From: Verrucomicrobiales bacterium
GTDB taxonomy: Bacteria; Verrucomicrobiota; Verrucomicrobiia; Verrucomicrobiales; DEV007
Length of the DNA: 64,000 nucleotides
Direction of reading: 5' to 3'
Assembly: GCA_016795505.1 (NCBI GenBank)
Contig: JAEUHH010000005.1
Span: 91,979 to 155,978 of the forward strand
The translations under genes and the position numbers were made by a program. A model generated the notes under the pieces. That model worked only from the letters and a program-made list of their open reading frames with translations. It did not search any database and was not told the origin of the DNA. Shown piece by piece: positions 54,213 to 63,099 of the stretch (position 1 is the stretch's first letter; every line of letters starts with the position of its first letter).

Positions 54213-56768
54213 TCACCGCACCACGCGAAACTCCGCGCTGGCGATGAGCATCTGGCAAAAGCTGGTCCAGCGCGCCTCGCGAAGCGCCTCGGGCGTGGCC
54301 GGCTCTTTCGATCCGGGGGTGGTGAGGGTCTCCTCGGGCCGGCTCACATAGGCGACGCCCCGTTGCAATTCGGCTGCCGAGGGTTCGCGGCTGTAGGCGA
54401 GCGCGTAAAGATGCCGCACCCGGGCTTCGTCGCTGGCGAAGCGGGTCTCGTCCAACACGCGCCGCGCCGCATGGGCGGCCTGCTCCATCACCCAGGGGCT
54501 GTTCATCAAAAAGAGCGCCTGTGCCGGCACGATGCTTTCCTCGCGCCGGGCCACGGTCCGGTCCGGCGGGGCAAAGTCGAACAGACTGAACATCTCCGGC
54601 AGGGTGCCGCGCACCACGGGCAGATACACGCTGCGATGGGTATCCACGATCATGTCCACCGTCAGGAATGGCTTGAAGGAATGCAGCTCCGCGTCGCGTT
54701 GCGGGTGAAACCGGCTCAGGAACGGCTCCCGCGGCGGGTAGGGATCGAGCTGTCCGCTGAAGTCGAGGATGGCATCGCGCAACACCTCGACCTCGACCGG
54801 GCGCGGCGTCATGCGCCAGAAATGGGTGTTGTCCGGATCGCGCTCCAAGTTCGCGGCATTCCCATCCGTGCTCATCCGATAGGCGCGGCTCAGCGCGATC
54901 TCGCGGATGAGCTTTTTCACCGACCAGCCTTCCTCCATGAAGCGCACCGCCAGATAGTCGAGCAGTTCGGGATGCGTCGGCGCGGCGCCCGTGACGCCGA
55001 AATCGTCCGGCGTCATCACCAGCGCGCGTCCCATCAGATGCTGCCATACCCGGTTCACCATCACGCGGGCGGTGAGGGGATGGCTGCGATGGGTGAGCCA
55101 CTGGGCCAGTTCCAACCGGCCACTCTGGTTTTTCGAAGGCGGCGACGCACCGGGAAGGTTGACGACCTGGAGAAAGCCGCGCGGGACGGGATCGCCGAGG
55201 TTCGTGGGATCGCCCCGCACATGGATGCGGCTGTCGATGATCGTTTCGCGGTCGCGGGCGCCCATGGTCCAGCCCGGCTGGGGAGGTGCCGCATCCTGCA
55301 GATCGGCCACGCCTTTTTCAAGCACGGTGATTTTCCGGTTCCAGTCCTCGATGTCGGCGAGCAACTTGTCCCTCTCGGCCTCGGCGGCGGCCTTTTCCTC
55401 CGGGGTTTTTGCGTTGTCGATCTTCAGCTTGGCGTCAGGCTGGCGACGCTGGAGGCGATAGCGGTCGCTGCGAGCCGTGTGCATCGTCAGCGTGTCGGCG
55501 TCGAGCTTTTTGTAGTAAGCCAGAGCGGCCGGTGCCAGGGTCGAGGCTTCCGGCCCGATGGCATGCCATTCGGTGTGGTGAAACATCGTTGCCTTGATGC
55601 CCCGCGGCCCGTAGCCATAGAGCGGCAACGTGCTGCGCAGGATGCCGGCCAGGGCGTAGTAGTCCGCCGTCGGGATCGGGTCGAATTTGTGGTCGTGGCA
55701 GCGCGCGCAGGCGACCGACAGCCCCATCACGCCGCGGCCGATGGTCTCGATCTGCTCGTCCACGACATCCATCCAGTAGAGGTCTTGCTTTTGTTCCTCG
55801 TAGGCCTTCGCTCCGAGGGCGAGGAAGGCCGTGGCCGTGAGCCGCTCGTCGCGCTGGGCCGCATCGCGAGCCGGCATCAGGTCGCCGGCGATCTGCTCGC
55901 GCAAAAATTCGTCGTAGGGCTTGTCGGCATTGAACGATGCGATCACGTAGTCCCGGTAGCGCCACGCGTGGTAGAAAATCACGTTCCGATCACGACCGTT
56001 GCTGTCCGCATAACGCGCCACATCCAGCCAATGCCGTCCCCAGCGCTCACCAAAGTGGGGAGACTCCAGCAGGCGGTCGATAGCCTCGTCGAGAGCGTCT
56101 GCCGTCGATCCCGCGGCCAGAAAAGCGGCCCGATCTTCCGGCGTCGGAGGCAGGCCGGTCAAATCGAGGTGCAGCCGGCGGAGCAGCGCCTCGGGATCGG
56201 CTTCGGTATTGGGCGCCAGCCCGGCGGCCTCGAGTTTCGCGAGGACGAAGCGATCAATCGCTCCGGCCGGCCACGCGGCATCCCGCACCGCCGGCTCGGC
56301 GGGCAACCGGGGCGGGATGAGGGACCAGAATTGCCGGCCCGCCTCGAGGCTCATGCCTGGCTTTTTCGCCGCCGGAGTGGGGCTTCCGTCGCGCGGATCG
56401 GCCGCCCCGTCCCGAATCCATCGCTCAAAGTCGGCGATCACGGCCGCAGCGAGTTTTTCCTCCTTCGGCGGCATGGCGAGGTCCTTTGCGTCATGTCGCA
56501 GGGCCCGCAGCAGCAGGCTCTTTGCAGGATCGCCCGGCACGATGGCCGGACCGGAGTCGCCGCCCCGCAGCAGTCCGTCGCGCGAGTCGAGCAGCAGGCC
56601 GGCTTTGAGCTTCCCCTGTTGTTGTGCCTCAGTGGAGTGGCAGGACTGGCATTTTCCGACCAGCACCGGCCGGATCTTGGATTCAAAAAAGGCGATCTGC
56701 TCCGGGGCCGATGCGGACACGGCGGAGGCTCCGGCGAAAAAGCCGATCAGCAGCAGGGGACGAATCAT
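54213..56768 (-). CDS. PSCyt1/PSCyt2/PSD1 (DUF1549/DUF1553) domain protein with N-terminal cytochrome-c-like CxxCH
   Basis: After the signal peptide come VGKCQSCHS (PSCyt1), the DUF1549 block RRLHLDLTGLPPTPED...FL, and a C-terminal DUF1553 region. The start is trimmed to the ATG at 56768. Confidence 0.85.
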   Translation of the reverse strand: MIRPLLLIGFFAGASAVSASAPEQIAFFESKIRPVLVGKCQSCHSTEAQQQGKLKAGLLLDSRDGLLRGGDSGPAIVPGDPAKSLLLRALRHDAKDLAMPPKEEKLAAAVIADFERWIRDGAADPRDGSPTPAAKKPGMSLEAGRQFWSLIPPRLPAEPAVRDAAWPAGAIDRFVLAKLEAAGLAPNTEADPEALLRRLHLDLTGLPPTPEDRAAFLAAGSTADALDEAIDRLLESPHFGERWGRHWLDVARYADSNGRDRNVIFYHAWRYRDYVIASFNADKPYDEFLREQIAGDLMPARDAAQRDERLTATAFLALGAKAYEEQKQDLYWMDVVDEQIETIGRGVMGLSVACARCHDHKFDPIPTADYYALAGILRSTLPLYGYGPRGIKATMFHHTEWHAIGPEASTLAPAALAYYKKLDADTLTMHTARSDRYRLQRRQPDAKLKIDNAKTPEEKAAAEAERDKLLADIEDWNRKITVLEKGVADLQDAAPPQPGWTMGARDRETIIDSRIHVRGDPTNLGDPVPRGFLQVVNLPGASPPSKNQSGRLELAQWLTHRSHPLTARVMVNRVWQHLMGRALVMTPDDFGVTGAAPTHPELLDYLAVRFMEEGWSVKKLIREIALSRAYRMSTDGNAANLERDPDNTHFWRMTPRPVEVEVLRDAILDFSGQLDPYPPREPFLSRFHPQRDAELHSFKPFLTVDMIVDTHRSVYLPVVRGTLPEMFSLFDFAPPDRTVARREESIVPAQALFLMNSPWVMEQAAHAARRVLDETRFASDEARVRHLYALAYSREPSAAELQRGVAYVSRPEETLTTPGSKEPATPEALREARWTSFCQMLIASAEFRVVR

Positions 56769-56851
56769 AAGCGGCTGGAAATGCCGCCAGAATACCCGAA
56801 TCCGATCGCAAACCAATCCCGCAACCGCGGAGGACCTCCCGGGCCGGACGG

Positions 56852-56903
56852 TTTCCGATCAAACAGGGTTGCATCGGCGATCATACCCTGTTTGATCGGA
56901 AAC
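56852..56903. repeat. dispersed GATC-rich palindromic element, copy 6 (between the UbiA-like gene stop and the PSD1-family gene start)
   Basis: The sequence is tttccgatcaaacagggttgcatcggcgatcataccctgtttgatcggaaac. Confidence 0.7.
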
Positions 56904-56933
56904 CGCGCGTCCGGCTCGACCATAGATCGCGGC

Positions 56934-57893
56934 TCAGGGCACTTGGTAGTCCGATGGCGAGTCCAGAAAGCTCCGGGCATTGAAGGTGCCCGACTTGTGC
57001 GCCCACAGCAGGCCTGCCGCGGCCACCGCTGTCACCATGGTGGAAAGGATGATCCACTTGTTTTGCAGCAGTTGCTCCGGCTCCAGCCGGGCGCCGATCT
57101 CGCTCATGGCGTGGCGGAAATACAGGGCCACGGCCACGATGATGAGCGGAAAGACAAAGACGAGATTGTTCAGCGGCGGATAGCTGCAGATCGCCCAGCC
57201 GGCACAGAAGCAAAAGAGGTTCGCATAGACGATCATGGCGATGATCAGGGAGCGCTCCGTGTAGATTTGAAACGACTTCCGATACTGCCCGCTCAGGTCC
57301 TTGTCGCCAATGAAGCGGAACTCCGAGTAGCGCTTGCCGGTCATGAGCAGTCCGCCGAAGCACCACCAGGCCAGCATGATGGACAGGGGTGGAAAGCGGT
57401 GCGTCTCCACCAGGGCGAACCAGCCGAGCCAGAGGCGGATGGGATTGTTGAACGACTCGGCGATGACGTCGAGGAAGGCGCGGTCTTTCAGTCGCACCGG
57501 CTGGATGTTGTAAACCAGGCCGCTGAGCAACAAAAGGCCCAGAGCCACCCAGTAGCCCGGATTCCGGAACCACCAGACCGCGAGTGCAAAGCCGACCACG
57601 ATGCAGACGCCCATCAGGCCCCAGAGAATCGGCACACTGACCCGTCCGGCCGGGATGGGCCGCATCTGTTTACGCGGATGCAGCTTGTCGAACGGGGCGT
57701 CGAGGATTTCGTTCAGGATGTAGTTGGCCGATGCGATGAGGCAGGCCGGCACCAGGGACAGGGCGGCCTGGAGGAGGGTGGAGCTGCCGATTTCCATGTC
57801 GAGCACCAGCACGACCGCCACCGCGTGGCCGAAGACGATGAAGATGTTCTTCAACCAGTGGTCGACGCGGGCGACTTTCAGGTAATCGATCAT
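56934..57893 (-). CDS. UbiA-family prenyltransferase (decaprenyl-phosphate phosphoribosyltransferase-like)
   Basis: MIDYLKVARVDHWLKNIFIVFG matches the N-terminus of DPPR-synthase-type UbiA enzymes. It has the aspartate-rich NEILDAPFD motif and about 8-9 TM helices. Confidence 0.7.
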   Translation of the reverse strand: MIDYLKVARVDHWLKNIFIVFGHAVAVVLVLDMEIGSSTLLQAALSLVPACLIASANYILNEILDAPFDKLHPRKQMRPIPAGRVSVPILWGLMGVCIVVGFALAVWWFRNPGYWVALGLLLLSGLVYNIQPVRLKDRAFLDVIAESFNNPIRLWLGWFALVETHRFPPLSIMLAWWCFGGLLMTGKRYSEFRFIGDKDLSGQYRKSFQIYTERSLIIAMIVYANLFCFCAGWAICSYPPLNNLVFVFPLIIVAVALYFRHAMSEIGARLEPEQLLQNKWIILSTMVTAVAAAGLLWAHKSGTFNARSFLDSPSDYQVP

Positions 57894-58026
57894 GGGCGGA
57901 TGGGGCGGGGGGCTTCACTAGCGCAGCCACCGGGGGTTCTCAACGCAATTTGTCCCGTCCCGGTGAGCCTGAGCTTGAGGACCGGGCTGCTGGATGCTAT
58001 CGATACGGGCCGTGGATGGCTTTTCT

Positions 58027-58098
58027 GTCCCCGTAGTTCAACGGATAGAACGAGAGTTTCCTAAACTTTAAATCTGGGTTCGATTCCCGGCGGGGACA
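58027..58098 (+). tRNA. tRNA-Arg (anticodon CCT)
   Basis: I folded it by hand. The acceptor stem is GTCCCCG/CGGGGAC (7 bp). The D-arm is GTTC-AACGGATA-GAAC. The anticodon arm is AGAGT-TTCCTAA-ACTTT (U33, anticodon CCT, A37). The T-arm is CTGGG-TTCGATT-CCCGG. The discriminator is A and there is no encoded CCA. Confidence 0.85.
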
Positions 58099-58180
58099 TA
58101 GGTCAGGCGGTGCGGGTTGCGCGTGTGCGCCCGTGATTCGGTCTGGTCAAATGCGGGCGGCCTGATAGGGTGGCGACACC

Positions 58181-58714
58181 ATGAAGTCCCTCCTCCTCCG
58201 CCTCCTCCCGCTGGCTGCTGCAGCCGGCCTGCCGCTGTCGGCCGTCGCCCAGGATGCCGCGGCCGCCCTGCCCATCCTCGCCGCGACCGAAACGGCCGCG
58301 CTGAAGGGAAAGGATGGCCAGAAAATCGTCGTCTATGGCGAGACCGCCCGGTCGGGCAAATCGCAGAGTGGGATGAATTTCGTCAATTTCGCGGGCGCGG
58401 AGTTCTATCTGGTGGCTTTCAAGTCCGACCTCGGTGTTTTCAAGGACGGGGAGCCGGCGGATGTCTATGAAGGAAAACGGCTGGTCGTGACCGGCGTGGT
58501 GACGATCTACAAGGACAAGCCGCAGATCAAATTGACGAGCCCCGATCAGGTTCGCGTGCTCGCAGCCGACGAGGCCTGGCCGCAGGCTGCTGCGCCCGAC
58601 CAGTCCGCCGCTCCCGCCCCGACGCCTCAGGCAAATCCCGCGCCAGCAGCGGCGAAATCGGCGGAAGAGCCCAAGAAAAAGCCGCCGGTCGATCCGAAAC
58701 TCTATTTCAAATGA
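58181..58714 (+). CDS. secreted hypothetical protein with Pro/Ala-rich C-terminal tail
   Basis: It has a signal peptide (MKSLLLRLLPLAAAAGLPLSAVA), a small beta-rich domain and a PA-rich tail ending KKKPPVDPKLYFK. Confidence 0.55.
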   Translation: MKSLLLRLLPLAAAAGLPLSAVAQDAAAALPILAATETAALKGKDGQKIVVYGETARSGKSQSGMNFVNFAGAEFYLVAFKSDLGVFKDGEPADVYEGKRLVVTGVVTIYKDKPQIKLTSPDQVRVLAADEAWPQAAAPDQSAAPAPTPQANPAPAAAKSAEEPKKKPPVDPKLYFK

Positions 58715-58742
58715 AGCGGAGCCTCCCGCCCCCGAGCCACCC

Positions 58743-59696
58743 ATGAAAGCCGCCCTCTTCGGAGCCTCCGGAAAAATCGGTCGCCGCGCCCTCGCCCTGC
58801 TGAAGGATCGCGGTGCCACCGTCCGGGCGCTCATCCACCACACGCCGTTGCCCGAAGACCTCGCTGCGGGCGTCGAGATCGTCACCGGATCTGTCACCGA
58901 TCCCGCTGCGGTGGACGCCACGGTGGCGGGAGCCGACATCGTGCTCCAGATGGCCACGACGAAGGAGGATCCCGAGACTTTTTTCGATGTGTCGATCAAG
59001 GGCACCTTTCACCTCCTCGAGGCCTGCCGGCGTCACCGGCCGCGGCAGTTCCTGCTGCTTGGCGGGGATGCGGCGATGGGGATCTGGTTCTACCCGCATC
59101 CGCGCCCGATCGCCGAGACCGAACCGAAGATCGCCTACCCGGGCTATTACGCCTTTTCCAAGGTGATCGAGGAAACGATGACGGAGCAGTACCGGCACCA
59201 GTACGGCCTCGCGACCACGATCCTCCGGTCGAGTTGGGTGTTTGATAATGACGACCTGCTGAACCATTTTTCGCTGCTGAAGAACGTGAATCCCGCCGAA
59301 AAAGGCCACGGTTTTGGCCAGCCCTCGGAGGCGACGCTCGACTTGGTGCGCGAGGGTCGCGAACATCTGCCCATCCTGCTCGACCGCGATGGCCGGCCGC
59401 TGCGTCGCCACATCGTCCACATCGAGGATGTCATCCACGCTCTGGACCGCATGATCGACCAGCCAGTCGCCTTGAACGAGGATTTCAACATCGCGGGACC
59501 GGCCGCCTTCGACTACCGCAGTGCGGCGGCCTGTCTGGCGGAAAAGACCGGCCTGCCCACCGTGGAGATTCCGTGCCCGGACTATCACAGCTTCGAGATC
59601 GACATCTCCAAGGCCCGCGAGCGCCTGGGATACGCGCCGCGGAACGACTTCGCCACGATGGCCGACCGGGCGATCGCCTGGCGTGCCCAGTCGTGA
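58743..59696 (+). CDS. NAD(P)-binding NmrA-like/atypical SDR epimerase-dehydratase family protein
   Basis: MKAALFGASGKIGRRAL is a Rossmann GxxGxxG, and the gene is about 317 aa. Confidence 0.8.
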   Translation: MKAALFGASGKIGRRALALLKDRGATVRALIHHTPLPEDLAAGVEIVTGSVTDPAAVDATVAGADIVLQMATTKEDPETFFDVSIKGTFHLLEACRRHRPRQFLLLGGDAAMGIWFYPHPRPIAETEPKIAYPGYYAFSKVIEETMTEQYRHQYGLATTILRSSWVFDNDDLLNHFSLLKNVNPAEKGHGFGQPSEATLDLVREGREHLPILLDRDGRPLRRHIVHIEDVIHALDRMIDQPVALNEDFNIAGPAAFDYRSAAACLAEKTGLPTVEIPCPDYHSFEIDISKARERLGYAPRNDFATMADRAIAWRAQS

Positions 59697-59745
59697 TGGG
59701 TTGCCGAGTAATTCCTCCCTTTTTCAGCCCTTTCCCTCCCCAAAA

Positions 59746-60105
59746 ATGATCAAGCACTTCCACCACATCGGCCTGCCCACGGACGATCCGCAAACGGGCG
59801 AAACGTATGTCTCTGAAACCAAGGTCTGGGTCACCCGGCCGGAGAATCACGCCTATCGCGTCGAATTTCTCCGCTTCGAGCCCGACTCGCCGGTCACCGG
59901 TCCGGTTCGCGACCTGCCGCACATCGCCTACCGACTCGAAGGCATCGACATTCACGAGGCCCTGCGCGGCGAGGAGGTCATCATCGAGCCCTTTGCCCCC
60001 ATGGACGGGCTGCTGGTGGCGTTCTTCCTGAAGGATGGCGCGGTGGTCGAGTACATGCAGTTCCGCGAGGGAGCCACCGAATTCCGCGACCTGCAGGATG
60101 CCTGA
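59746..60105 (+). CDS. small VOC/glyoxalase-like hypothetical protein
   Basis: MIKHFHHIGLPTDD is a typical VOC N-terminal beta-alpha-beta-beta-beta start. The track ORF 59521..60105 is trimmed to the ATG at 59746. Confidence 0.5.
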   Translation: MIKHFHHIGLPTDDPQTGETYVSETKVWVTRPENHAYRVEFLRFEPDSPVTGPVRDLPHIAYRLEGIDIHEALRGEEVIIEPFAPMDGLLVAFFLKDGAVVEYMQFREGATEFRDLQDA

Positions 60106-60133
60106 TTCACAGCCTGATTTCCCCATCTCCGAC

Positions 60134-60901
60134 ATGAAAGACAAAGTCATCATCGTCACGGGCGGCACTTCCGGCATTGGAGCGGCTTGCGTGCGTCATT
60201 TTGCCCGGCTCGGCGCCCGCGTGGTGGCCGCCTCCATCCAGGAAGCCGAAGGCGCCGCTCTCACGGCTGAAATCCGCGCGGCCGGCGGCGTGGCCGATTT
60301 CGTGGCCTGCGACGTGTCGCGCGAAGACAGCGTGCGCGATCTCGTCGCCGCGACACTGGACCTCCATGGCCGGCTCGATGCGGTGCATGCGAATGCCGGC
60401 GTCTGGGGGAAAGGCCGGGTGACCACTTTTGCCGATGCGGATTGGGAAAAGGTGATGGGCGTGAATGTGAAGGGAGCTTTCTGGACCGCCAAGCACTGCA
60501 TCCCGGCGATGGAGCGCAACGAGGCTGGCGGCGTCTTCCTGATCACCACCAGTGTGGCCGCCCACGTTGGCTTTCCCGCCCATGCCCTCTATTGCGCCTC
60601 CAAGGCGGCTCTCGAGGCGATGGTTCGGTGCCTCGCCGTCGATCACGCCGGCAAGATCCGGGCGGTCGGCATCTCCCCCGGCACCATCGACACCCCCATG
60701 CTGGCCGCCACCTGCGAGGGCTGGGATGCTCCGGTCGAGGAACTCTATGCCCAGGTCGAGCAGAAAATTCCCGTCCGCCGCCTGGGGCAGCCCGATGACA
60801 TTGCCCGGGCCGCCGCCTTCCTGATCAGCGACGATGCGGCCTACGTGAATGGCACCATCCTGACCCTCGACGGTGGGACGATGGCCTTGCCGCCGTGGTG
60901 A
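60134..60901 (+). CDS. short-chain dehydrogenase/reductase (classical SDR)
   Basis: The coenzyme-binding motif VIIVTGGTSGIGAA, the central NAGV block, and the catalytic triad S...YCASKAA are present. The start is trimmed to the ATG at 60134. Confidence 0.85.
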   Translation: MKDKVIIVTGGTSGIGAACVRHFARLGARVVAASIQEAEGAALTAEIRAAGGVADFVACDVSREDSVRDLVAATLDLHGRLDAVHANAGVWGKGRVTTFADADWEKVMGVNVKGAFWTAKHCIPAMERNEAGGVFLITTSVAAHVGFPAHALYCASKAALEAMVRCLAVDHAGKIRAVGISPGTIDTPMLAATCEGWDAPVEELYAQVEQKIPVRRLGQPDDIARAAAFLISDDAAYVNGTILTLDGGTMALPPW

Positions 60902-60943
60902 GGGACGGGCTCAAGCCTGTCCGGCTCCCGACCACGCAAATCC

Positions 60944-61834
60944 GTGCCTCGATCCCCGCGGCAAACGGGCGGAAATTCGCCGCCCTGCACCGTGACTGCC
61001 CATCTTTGCCATCACCTGAAATACCTGCCGCTGTGTGCCGCCATCGCGGGGCTCTCCGTGTGGCTCGGCGGCTTGTCGGCTCAGGATCTTGCCTCATCCA
61101 CCGGTCCAAAAGGAGTGACCGTCCCCGCGCCGCCGATGCCGGGTGATTTGGAGCCGGTGCCCGTGGCTGTCCCGGGACTCCCGGAGCGGTTGACCGACGG
61201 CCATTTCGAGGCATTGCGGACGCATTCGCCTTTTTTGCGAACACTGGATCTCTCGCGCTCACTGATCATCACCGGTGTCGCCCGGATCGACAACGAGCCG
61301 GTCGCCACCCTGCTCGATCTGGAGACGAGCAAGACTTCGATCGTGACTCGCCACGGGGAAAGCCCGGAGGGCTGGCAACTGGTCGAGGTGAGCGGCAATC
61401 CGGCCGACATCGAGAGCCTGACCGCAAAAATCCGGATGGCGGGCGGGACGGAGACCTTTTCCATCCGCTACGAAAAGGCGCCCCCGCAGACCCGGGGACC
61501 GGGCGGTGTGGTGGTGTCGAGCCGGGTCGGCAATGGCACGGCTGGCGGCGGCACAGGGCCGCACGGTGGACCGGACCCGCGGGTGCTGACCCCGGACCAG
61601 ATGAACGACGCGCGCAATGCGGCGCGGAACATCAATCAGGGCTTCAAAGCCGACGGCTATGGCGACGGCCAGACCATCCCGCCCGAGGTGGTTTCCAAAA
61701 TCTCCCGCCTCAGCGTGCAGCAACGGGAAAGCATCAACGTGAAGATGTACGAATACCGCAACCGCGGCTTGGGCATGCAGGAGCGGCAGCAGATTTACAA
61801 CCGGATGCTGGATCAGGCGGTGCAGCAGCGCTGA
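60944..61834 (+). CDS. hypothetical secreted protein
   Basis: It is a long ORF with a hydrophobic signal-like segment (LPLCAAIAGLSVWLGGLSAQ) and a Gly-rich region. The start codon is uncertain and it resembles no known family. Confidence 0.4.
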   Translation: MPRSPRQTGGNSPPCTVTAHLCHHLKYLPLCAAIAGLSVWLGGLSAQDLASSTGPKGVTVPAPPMPGDLEPVPVAVPGLPERLTDGHFEALRTHSPFLRTLDLSRSLIITGVARIDNEPVATLLDLETSKTSIVTRHGESPEGWQLVEVSGNPADIESLTAKIRMAGGTETFSIRYEKAPPQTRGPGGVVVSSRVGNGTAGGGTGPHGGPDPRVLTPDQMNDARNAARNINQGFKADGYGDGQTIPPEVVSKISRLSVQQRESINVKMYEYRNRGLGMQERQQIYNRMLDQAVQQR

Positions 61835-61887
61835 TTTTTCCACTCTGACCTGGGCCCGCGCTGGCTTTGGCCCTCCGGGGCCACCGC

Positions 61888-62859
61888 TCAGATGACGAGC
61901 GCGCGGGCGAGGTCGCGGTTGTCGCGGTACCAGCCGATGGTGCGGTCCAAGCCTTCCTCGAGAGGGATTTCGGGCTCCCAGCCGAGGAGGCGCTTGGCTT
62001 TGGAGATGTCGGCCCAGGTCTCCATCATGTCGGCCTTGTTGAAGGGCTTGTGATCGATGACGGCCTTCCTCCCGAGGCGCTCCTCCATGGCGGCGATCAG
62101 TTCCATCAGGGTGGTGGGTCGCTGTCCGCCACCGAGATTGATGATTTCGTAGCCGAGCGGCTTGGCGGCGAGGATGGTGCCGCGGGCGATGTCGTCCACA
62201 TAGGTGAAATCGCGGGCTTGGGAGCCGTCGCCGAACATCTCGATGGTGGTGCCTTCGTCGATCCAGCGAATGAAGCGGAAGGGCGCCATGTCGGGCCGTC
62301 CTGCCGGGCCATAGACCGTGAAAAAGCGCAGGATCGACACATCCAGGCCAAAGAGGTGGTGGTAGGTGTAGGCGAGGACCTCGGCGGCCTTTTTCGAGGC
62401 GGCATAGGGAGAGAGCGGACGGTCCACCGGGGTCTCCTCGTTGAACGGCATCGGTGTGCCGGCATAGAGCGAGGAAGTCGAGGCGAGGAGGAATTTCTTC
62501 ACGCCGTGGAAGCGCATGGCCTGGAGCAGGTGGCGGGTGCCGTCGACGTTGGTGGAAAAGTAAACGTCGGGATTTTCGATGCTGTAACGCACCCCGGCGC
62601 GGGCCGCGAGATTGAAGACGGTGTCGAATCGGTGTTCGGCGAAAACCTGGTCCACCAGGGCCTTGGACTCGATGTCGCCCTCGATGAAGGTGAGGCCGGC
62701 ACGGCCGCGGAGCGCCTCCATGCGGTGGTGCTTCAGCCTCACATCGTAGGCGTCGTTGAAATTGTCGATCGCCACGACTTCCACGCCCTGGTCGAGCAAT
62801 TGCGCGGCGACGCGGGAGGCGATGAATCCGGCGGCGCCGGTGAGGAGGACTTTCTCCAT
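61888..62859 (-). CDS. NAD-dependent nucleotide-sugar epimerase/dehydratase (extended SDR, UDP-glucuronate/UDP-glucose 4-epimerase-like)
   Basis: The Rossmann motif VLLTGAAGFIASRV, the catalytic motif SPYAASKKAAE (YxxxK) and an NLGGG block are present. Confidence 0.85.
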   Translation of the reverse strand: MEKVLLTGAAGFIASRVAAQLLDQGVEVVAIDNFNDAYDVRLKHHRMEALRGRAGLTFIEGDIESKALVDQVFAEHRFDTVFNLAARAGVRYSIENPDVYFSTNVDGTRHLLQAMRFHGVKKFLLASTSSLYAGTPMPFNEETPVDRPLSPYAASKKAAEVLAYTYHHLFGLDVSILRFFTVYGPAGRPDMAPFRFIRWIDEGTTIEMFGDGSQARDFTYVDDIARGTILAAKPLGYEIINLGGGQRPTTLMELIAAMEERLGRKAVIDHKPFNKADMMETWADISKAKRLLGWEPEIPLEEGLDRTIGWYRDNRDLARALVI

Positions 62860-63099
62860 GATCTCGGAGGACAGGGGCTGGTGTTTCGGGTGGGAGGGGC
62901 CGGCCGCTTCTGAGCGATCGGGGGGGCGAATCTAGCGCGATTCGGTCGGGGGGAAAGCCGGAAATCGCCCCGCCAAGCCGTCGGCGGCGGGACGGATTTC
63001 GAGTCGGCCGGGACTTGGCGGTCGGTGAAAAGACGCGTAACTTTTCCCCCGGTGCCGGGTTTTTACTGGCTCCGACCCGATCTGCATCGCATCCTCCGC

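Noticed and set aside
54105-58064. 1319-aa forward-strand ORF
   Set aside because: It is antisense to the PSD1-family and UbiA-like genes and reads straight through repeat copy 6 (the IPCLIGNRAS peptide) and the tRNA. It has no recognisable domains. This is a typical long spurious ORF in high-GC DNA.
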